A DNA stretch of 32,000 nucleotides, taken from Demequinaceae bacterium. GTDB taxonomy: Bacteria > Actinomycetota > Actinomycetes > Actinomycetales > Demequinaceae. A program made the position numbers and the translations under genes. This document shows, piece after piece, positions 27,079 through 32,000 of the stretch. Numbering within the stretch: the first letter of the stretch is position 1; the number at the start of each line of letters is the position of its first letter. Below the pieces are notes generated by a model. The model had not been told where the DNA came from and did no database searches. It worked only from the letters and a program-made list of their open reading frames with translations. The stretch lies in assembly GCA_965250005.1 (NCBI GenBank), contig OZ252279.1:390001-422000 (forward strand), given 5' to 3'.

Positions 27079-27113
27079 CCCAGGGCCCCGCTTTCATAGC
27101 GGGCCCTGGGTTT
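27079..27113 (+). terminator. Strong GC-rich hairpin (terminator-like) after the DUF4190 gene
   Basis: cccagggccccgc / gcgggccctggg form a stem of about 12 bp with one bulged c and a 7-nt loop (tttcata). The stem is followed by ttt only. It starts 13 nt after the DUF4190 stop. The U-tract is short, so the function is uncertain. Confidence 0.4.
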
Positions 27114-27548
27114 GTGCGCGCTCGAGCGAACTTCCTCGTCGCGTCGCGTCGCGCGTTTGACACCCTGCTTGGTCCGATCGTGAGCGCGTTCGTCGCGCTC
27201 AGCGGAACCGTATACATCTTCCTGAACAATCCTCACGTTCTTGGTGCGCTCGGCTGGTGCCCGCTCTACTACAACACGGGCATGTGGTGCCCCGGATGCG
27301 GCGGAACCCGTGCGGTTTATGACCTCGCACACGGCGATATTGCCGGTGCGATGGCAATGAACCCGGTATTCACCTTGGCGGTCCCCGTGCTTATCGTGTT
27401 GTGGTTCCGGTGGGTTCTGTACGCACGCGGCCGTCCCACTAAACCGTGGAACATCCCGGACTGGGCCTACGTCACCGTGGGGCTCGCGGCGTTGGGTTTC
27501 TTCGTTCTGCGCAACGTGCCCGCCTTCGCGCCGTACCTCGCTCCTTAG
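27114..27548 (+). CDS. DUF2752-like membrane protein (CxxC/CPGCGGTR motif)
   Basis: An N-terminal TM helix is followed by WCPLYYNTGMWCPGCGGTRAVYDL..G.....AMNP and two further TM helices, the DUF2752 layout as I remember it. The start is ambiguous. The GTG at 27114 sits immediately after the hairpin. The ORF-track GTG at 27051 would overlap the previous gene by 16 nt and read through the hairpin. Confidence 0.62.
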   Translation: MRARANFLVASRRAFDTLLGPIVSAFVALSGTVYIFLNNPHVLGALGWCPLYYNTGMWCPGCGGTRAVYDLAHGDIAGAMAMNPVFTLAVPVLIVLWFRWVLYARGRPTKPWNIPDWAYVTVGLAALGFFVLRNVPAFAPYLAP

Positions 27549-27620
27549 GCAGTTCCGCGGACTGGGGGAATCTTTCGCACCGAGTGAGAGATACCATGTA
27601 CTCATGGGAGCGGAATCGGC

Positions 27621-28433
27621 ATGAGTGTCCTCGACAGCATCGTCGCTGGCGTCAGGCAAGACCTAGTTGAGCGCCAGGAGCGCGTCAGCATGGATGAGCT
27701 CAAAGAGCGGGCGGCCCGGATCCCCGGAGCAATTGATGGCTACCAGCGCCTTGCGGTGAAAGAAGTTTCGGTCATAGCCGAGGTCAAGCGCTCAAGCCCG
27801 TCCAAGGGCGATCTGGCAGAAATCACGGACCCCTCGGCGCTCGCTACGGAGTACGAAGCCGGAGGCGCATCGGTCATTTCTGTCCTCACGGAGGAGCGGC
27901 GTTTTGGCGGGTCGCTTGCAGACTTGGACGCCGTTCGCGGCAAGGTAGATGTCCCCATCCTTCGCAAGGACTTCATTGTGACGCCGTACCAGGTGTGGGA
28001 GGCGCGCGCCCATGGCGCCGACCTCGTGCTGCTGATTGTGGCGGCCCTCGAGCAAATGGCTCTTGAGTCCCTTGTCGAGCGCGCACACTCCTTGGGCATG
28101 ACTGCGCTGGTCGAGGTGCACGAGGCCGACGAGGTTGCGCGCGCCGTTGACGCCGGCGCCAAGGTCATTGGTGTGAACGCTCGCAACCTCAAAACTCTCG
28201 ACGTCGACCGGGATACGTTTGGCAAGGTCGCGCCCCTCATCCCGGACGGCATCGTCCGCGTCGCCGAGTCTGGAATTCGCGACAGCCACGACGTGGTCGA
28301 GTACGCGCGGGCGGGAGCGCACGCTGTTCTGGTGGGTGAAGCGCTCGTCAAGAACCGTGATCCCCGGACCGCCGTTGCCGAGATGGTTGCCGCTGGCGCA
28401 CATCCCGCTCTACGCTCCGTACGTCCCTCGTAG
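27621..28433 (+). CDS. trpC: Indole-3-glycerol phosphate synthase
   Basis: [42 protein letters not shown] and ESGI motifs are present. Length is 270 aa. Confidence 0.93.
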   Translation: MSVLDSIVAGVRQDLVERQERVSMDELKERAARIPGAIDGYQRLAVKEVSVIAEVKRSSPSKGDLAEITDPSALATEYEAGGASVISVLTEERRFGGSLADLDAVRGKVDVPILRKDFIVTPYQVWEARAHGADLVLLIVAALEQMALESLVERAHSLGMTALVEVHEADEVARAVDAGAKVIGVNARNLKTLDVDRDTFGKVAPLIPDGIVRVAESGIRDSHDVVEYARAGAHAVLVGEALVKNRDPRTAVAEMVAAGAHPALRSVRPS

Positions 28434-28443
28434 AGCGCCGCAT

Positions 28444-29652
28444 ATGACGGATTCCCTTCAATCGGCCCCAGGCCCCTTCTTTGGAGACTTCGGAGGCCGC
28501 TTCGTTCCTGAGGCGCTCATCGCCGCGCTTGATCAACTGACAGACGCATACGAAAAGGCTCGCGTCGACCCGGCGTTCGACGCAGATCTCGAGCGACTCG
28601 CCCGCACATACTCTGGACGCCCGAGCATCGTCACCGAGGTCCCGCGCTTCGCCAAGCATGCCGGTGGCGCGCGCGTTATCCTTAAGCGCGAAGACCTCAA
28701 CCACACTGGCTCGCACAAAATCAACAACGTGATCGGACAGGCGCTCCTGACCAAACGCATCGGCAAGACGCGGGTCATTGCGGAAACCGGCGCGGGACAG
28801 CACGGCGTCGCCACCGCGACAGCGGCTGCCCTCATGGACCTCGAGTGCGTGGTCTACATGGGTGAGGAAGACACCGAGCGCCAGTCGCTCAACGTAGCGC
28901 GCATGGAGCTGCTCGGCGCGACGGTGATCCCGGTCACCGCGGGAAGCCGCACTCTCCGGGACGCAATAAACGAGGCGTACCGGGACTGGGTCGCAAACGT
29001 CGAAAACACTAACTACATCTTTGGCACCGCAGCGGGCCCTCACCCGTTCCCGGCGATGGTTCGCGATTTTCAGCGAGTAATCGGCCAAGAGGCGCGTGAG
29101 CAAATGCTTGCCATGGGTGGCCTTCCAGACGCGATTGTCGCGTGCGTGGGCGGCGGGTCGAATGCGATCGGGATATTCGACGCGTTCCTCGACGACGAGG
29201 ATGTGCGCCTGATCGGCTGCGAAGCCGCGGGGGACGGCGTGGACACGGGGCGACACGCCTCTGCGATCTCCGGCGGCCGGCCCGGCGTGCTGCACGGTTC
29301 CAAATCGTACGTCCTGCAGGACGCCGACGGCCAGACGCAACCTTCCTACTCGATTTCTGCGGGGCTCGACTATCCGGGCGTTGGCCCCGAACATGCCTGG
29401 CTCGCGGACCTTGGTCGAGCTGAGTACTGGGCGGTCACGGACGCGGAGGCGATGTCCGCGTTCCGGCTGTTGTGCCGCACCGAGGGGATACTGCCTGCCA
29501 TCGAGTCCGCGCACGCGCTCGCCGGGGCGCTCAAACTTGGCAACGAATTGGGGGCTGGCGCGACCATCCTCGTGAGCCTATCCGGTCGCGGCGACAAGGA
29601 TGTCGAGACCGCGGCTCGCTACTTCAAGTTGCTACCAGAGGATCAGTCGTGA
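28444..29652 (+). CDS. trpB: Tryptophan synthase beta chain
   Basis: The ATG at 28444 gives [23 protein letters not shown]. The PLP-lysine motif is [16 protein letters not shown], and [13 protein letters not shown] and GGGSNAIG are present. The upstream 75 codons of the ORF track overlap trpC out of frame. Confidence 0.94.
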   Translation: MTDSLQSAPGPFFGDFGGRFVPEALIAALDQLTDAYEKARVDPAFDADLERLARTYSGRPSIVTEVPRFAKHAGGARVILKREDLNHTGSHKINNVIGQALLTKRIGKTRVIAETGAGQHGVATATAAALMDLECVVYMGEEDTERQSLNVARMELLGATVIPVTAGSRTLRDAINEAYRDWVANVENTNYIFGTAAGPHPFPAMVRDFQRVIGQEAREQMLAMGGLPDAIVACVGGGSNAIGIFDAFLDDEDVRLIGCEAAGDGVDTGRHASAISGGRPGVLHGSKSYVLQDADGQTQPSYSISAGLDYPGVGPEHAWLADLGRAEYWAVTDAEAMSAFRLLCRTEGILPAIESAHALAGALKLGNELGAGATILVSLSGRGDKDVETAARYFKLLPEDQS

Positions 29653-30449
29653 GCCACCTGAGCGAACGCTTGGCCGAGGTCAAGGCCGAGGGGCGCGCGG
29701 CGCTCATCGGCTACTTGCCCGTGGGCTATCCAAGCGTAGATCAATCGATCGAGGCCTTCACAGCGCTCGTGGAGGCTGGAGCGGACGTTGTCGAGGTCGG
29801 TATGCCGTACACGGATCCCGTTCTAGACGGCACAGTGATTCAGCAGGCGGGAGTCGTCGCGCTTGAGGGCGGCGTGCGGGTTGCGGACGTGTTCGCCGCG
29901 GTCAAGGCCGTCGTAGATGCTGGCGCGCCCGCAGTTGTGATGTCGTACTACAACCCCATATTTCAATACGGACTTCAGCAGTTCGCCGACGACCTGCTGG
30001 CAGCGGGGGGCTCTGGCGTCGTCCTCCCCGATTTGACGCCTGACGCGGCGACGGAATGGATTGAGATCGCCAACGCTCGCGGGCTGGACAGCATCTTCCT
30101 CGTTGCGCCAAGTTCTACTCCGGAGCGGCTCCATCTGACCGTTGGTCAGACAAGCGGGTTCGTGTATGCGGCCTCACTGATGGGAGTCACCGGAGAGCGG
30201 GCGAGCGTCGGCGATGATGCCGAGCGACTTGTTGCCGATACCCGCGCAGCTGGCGCTCAAACCGTGTGCGTGGGACTCGGCGTGGCAACCGGAAGCCAAG
30301 CGGCTGAGGTTGCGCGCTACGCAGACGGCGTTATTGTTGGCAGCGCACTAGTACGCGCCCTGTCGGGCGCCGCAGAGTTTGATCAGGGCATCGCCGCCCT
30401 CCGTACCAAGACGGCCGAACTCGCGGCCGGTGTGAGAGGAAAACCGTGA
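29649..30449 (+). CDS. trpA: Tryptophan synthase alpha chain
   Basis: The GTG at 29649 overlaps the trpB stop (GTGA). [31 protein letters not shown] and YYNPI are present, along with the C-terminal GVIVGSALV. Confidence 0.92.
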   Translation: MSHLSERLAEVKAEGRAALIGYLPVGYPSVDQSIEAFTALVEAGADVVEVGMPYTDPVLDGTVIQQAGVVALEGGVRVADVFAAVKAVVDAGAPAVVMSYYNPIFQYGLQQFADDLLAAGGSGVVLPDLTPDAATEWIEIANARGLDSIFLVAPSSTPERLHLTVGQTSGFVYAASLMGVTGERASVGDDAERLVADTRAAGAQTVCVGLGVATGSQAAEVARYADGVIVGSALVRALSGAAEFDQGIAALRTKTAELAAGVRGKP

Positions 30450-31462
30450 TTCCCGTTTCGATTCCCAGCCCGCCGCTCGACTGGGGCATTCTGTTCCAGA
30501 TCGGCCCGTTCCCCATCCGCAGTTACGCCCTTGCGCTCCTGCTAGGCATGGTCGCCGGTGTCTGGGTCGCACGCAAGCGTTGGATAGCGCGTGGCGGGGA
30601 TGTCGCGGCCGTTGAAGAGATTGTGGTTTGGGCGATTCCCTTCGGAATTCTTGGCGCGCGCATCTATCACGTGATTTCCACGCCCGGCCCATACTTTGGT
30701 GAGGGTGGAAACTGGGTCAAGATCTTCGCGATCAACGAGGGCGGACTGGGGATCTGGGGCGCGGTCGCGCTCGGAGCTTTGGGTGCGTACATCGGAGCGA
30801 AGCGCGCGGGCGTATCGTTTCCGGCGTTCATTGATGCCGCTGCGCCAGGGATACTGCTTGCGCAAGCTATCGGTCGCCTTGGCAACTATTTCAACCAAGA
30901 ACTCTTCGGCGGCGCAACAACATTGCCGTGGGGCCTCCAGATCGACGCTGCCGCGCCAAGCTTTCCGCGCGACCTGCCGGTCGACACGCTTTTCCACCCG
31001 ACTTTCCTTTACGAACTGCTCTGGAACGTGGTGGGTGTGTTCGTCGTGCTCTACCTTGACCGTCGACTGAAACTCCGCAATGGTCGGGTGTTCTGGCTCT
31101 ACGTCATCGTTTACACCACCGGTCGCGTCTGGATTGAGAACGTCCGTATCGATACCGCGGTGCACATCGGCGGGCTACGCATCAACGTGTGGGTCTCGAT
31201 CGTAGTATTGCTCGGCTCGATCTTCGCGTTCTGGCTGGTGGGCAAGCGAAATGCAGGCACGTTCGAGGAATTCCCCGCACGCGTGACTAAGGGCAAAGTG
31301 GCCGTAGCGACTAAACGCTCCGCTTCTACTAAGAAGCCGGCATCCAAGAAGACGCCCGCAAAAAAGACGCCGGCAAAGAGTGCGCCTGCTAAGAAGGCTG
31401 TATCCAAAACGGTTGCGCGCAAAGAGAGCCCGGGGACGAAGGCCACAACGCCCAAGAAATAG
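30446..31462 (+). CDS. lgt: Prolipoprotein diacylglyceryl transferase with Lys/Pro/Ala-rich C-terminal tail
   Basis: The GTG at 30446 overlaps the trpA stop (GTGA). FPIRSYALALLLG, ARIYHV, GGLGIWGA, GRLGNYFNQELFG, HPTFLYE and YTTGRVWIE motifs are present. The last 50 or so residues are a basic PAKK-type low-complexity tail. Confidence 0.9.
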   Translation: MIPVSIPSPPLDWGILFQIGPFPIRSYALALLLGMVAGVWVARKRWIARGGDVAAVEEIVVWAIPFGILGARIYHVISTPGPYFGEGGNWVKIFAINEGGLGIWGAVALGALGAYIGAKRAGVSFPAFIDAAAPGILLAQAIGRLGNYFNQELFGGATTLPWGLQIDAAAPSFPRDLPVDTLFHPTFLYELLWNVVGVFVVLYLDRRLKLRNGRVFWLYVIVYTTGRVWIENVRIDTAVHIGGLRINVWVSIVVLLGSIFAFWLVGKRNAGTFEEFPARVTKGKVAVATKRSASTKKPASKKTPAKKTPAKSAPAKKAVSKTVARKESPGTKATTPKK

Positions 31463-31585
31463 AACCGGCGCGTTCGGACTTAGGGGGAACGCGCGGTAGC
31501 CTATATACCCGTGTGTTGACCGGGCCGACGGCGCCCCGTATCCAGAACCAGCTCGGCCGTGCCGAGAATGACAAAGGACGGTGTG

Positions 31586-32000
31586 ATGCCCGTGCAGTTA
31601 CGCGCCCAAGCGAATGCGAAGGGTCTGTACGACCCTGCGTATGAACACGACGCCTGCGGCGTCGCGTTTGTCGCGACTCTGCGCGGCAAGCCTGGCCGAG
31701 ACATCATGGACGCGGGTCTGACAGCCCTCAAGAACCTCGAGCACCGTGGCGCCGTGGGCGCCGAGACCGAGACCGGCGACGGAGCGGGCATTCTGACGCA
31801 AGTGCCCGACGCGTTCCTGCGCACCGTTGTCGCCTTCGACCTGCCTCCCGCGGGCTCGTATGCGACCGGGATCGCGTTCCTCACGCCAGACAATGTCGGC
31901 GTCGAAGTCGCCGCCGTTGAGCGGGCAGCGTCGATTGAAGGCGTGACGATCATTGGCTGGCGCGACGTGCCGGTGAACCCCGAACCGCTGGGCCCATCGG
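31586..32000 (+). CDS. gltB: Glutamate synthase large subunit, N-terminal amidotransferase domain; 3' end outside the window
   Basis: Absent from the ORF track because it has no stop inside the window. Hand translation from the ATG at 31586 (aaagga 8 nt upstream) gives MPVQLRAQANAKGLYDPAYEHDACGVAFVATLRGKPGRDIMDAGLTALKNLEHRGAVGAETETGDGAGIL..., the Ntn-type Cys-1 amidotransferase start of GltB. An in-frame ATG at 31568 is an alternative. Confidence 0.88.
   Translation, partial: MPVQLRAQANAKGLYDPAYEHDACGVAFVATLRGKPGRDIMDAGLTALKNLEHRGAVGAETETGDGAGILTQVPDAFLRTVVAFDLPPAGSYATGIAFLTPDNVGVEVAAVERAASIEGVTIIGWRDVPVNPEPLGPS

Noticed and set aside
1-32000. A search by eye for CRISPR repeats, IS elements or inverted terminal repeats, toxin-antitoxin pairs, defence-system hallmarks and riboswitches.
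   Set aside because: No regularly spaced repeats and no transposase or integrase-like ORFs were seen. No gene pairs looked like TA or defence modules. The only nuclease (11383-12216) is the conserved Cas4-like housekeeping gene of pup neighbourhoods. The intergenic regions are too short or lack motifs I recognise as riboswitches.

Overview
The window is a GC-rich, gene-dense chromosomal segment with the gene content and synteny of a high-GC Gram-positive bacterium (Actinomycetota). It looks like core genome, not an accessory island. I saw no transposase, integrase, phage gene, CRISPR array or rRNA.

Gene order, left to right:
- 5'-truncated dnaE2, convergent with a membrane pyrophosphatase (hppA) and an uncharacterised 259-aa partner gene
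- tRNA-Leu(GAG) with its terminator
- M20 peptidase, a DUF5703-like small protein, an acidic protein, an aldo/keto reductase and uppP
- PAC2-family protein, HAD hydrolase and a Cas4/RecB-like nuclease
- From about 12.3 kb to the right edge, a roughly 20-kb run of same-strand, often overlapping genes: CBS-containing site-2 protease, trmI, arc(mpa), dop, pup, pafA, an FKBP lipoprotein, hisF, two ABC exporter half-transporters, hisI, trpE, three small membrane proteins, trpC, trpB, trpA, lgt and the 5' end of gltB

Main observations:
1. The pupylation locus is complete, but no 20S proteasome genes lie between pup and pafA. Its ARC ATPase lacks the C-terminal proteasome-docking tail.
2. pup is 59 codons long and is missing from the supplied ORF track.
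3. An asymmetric heterodimeric ABC exporter is wedged between hisF and hisI and is translationally coupled to hisF.
4. The pyrophosphatase carries K+-dependent, Na+-pump-type residues and is paired with an unknown cytosolic protein.
5. A Trp-rich small membrane protein, a DUF4190 gene, a DUF2752 gene and a strong hairpin interrupt the trp operon.

I found no clear-cut novel multi-gene system. All family assignments come from motif recognition by eye; no database search was run.
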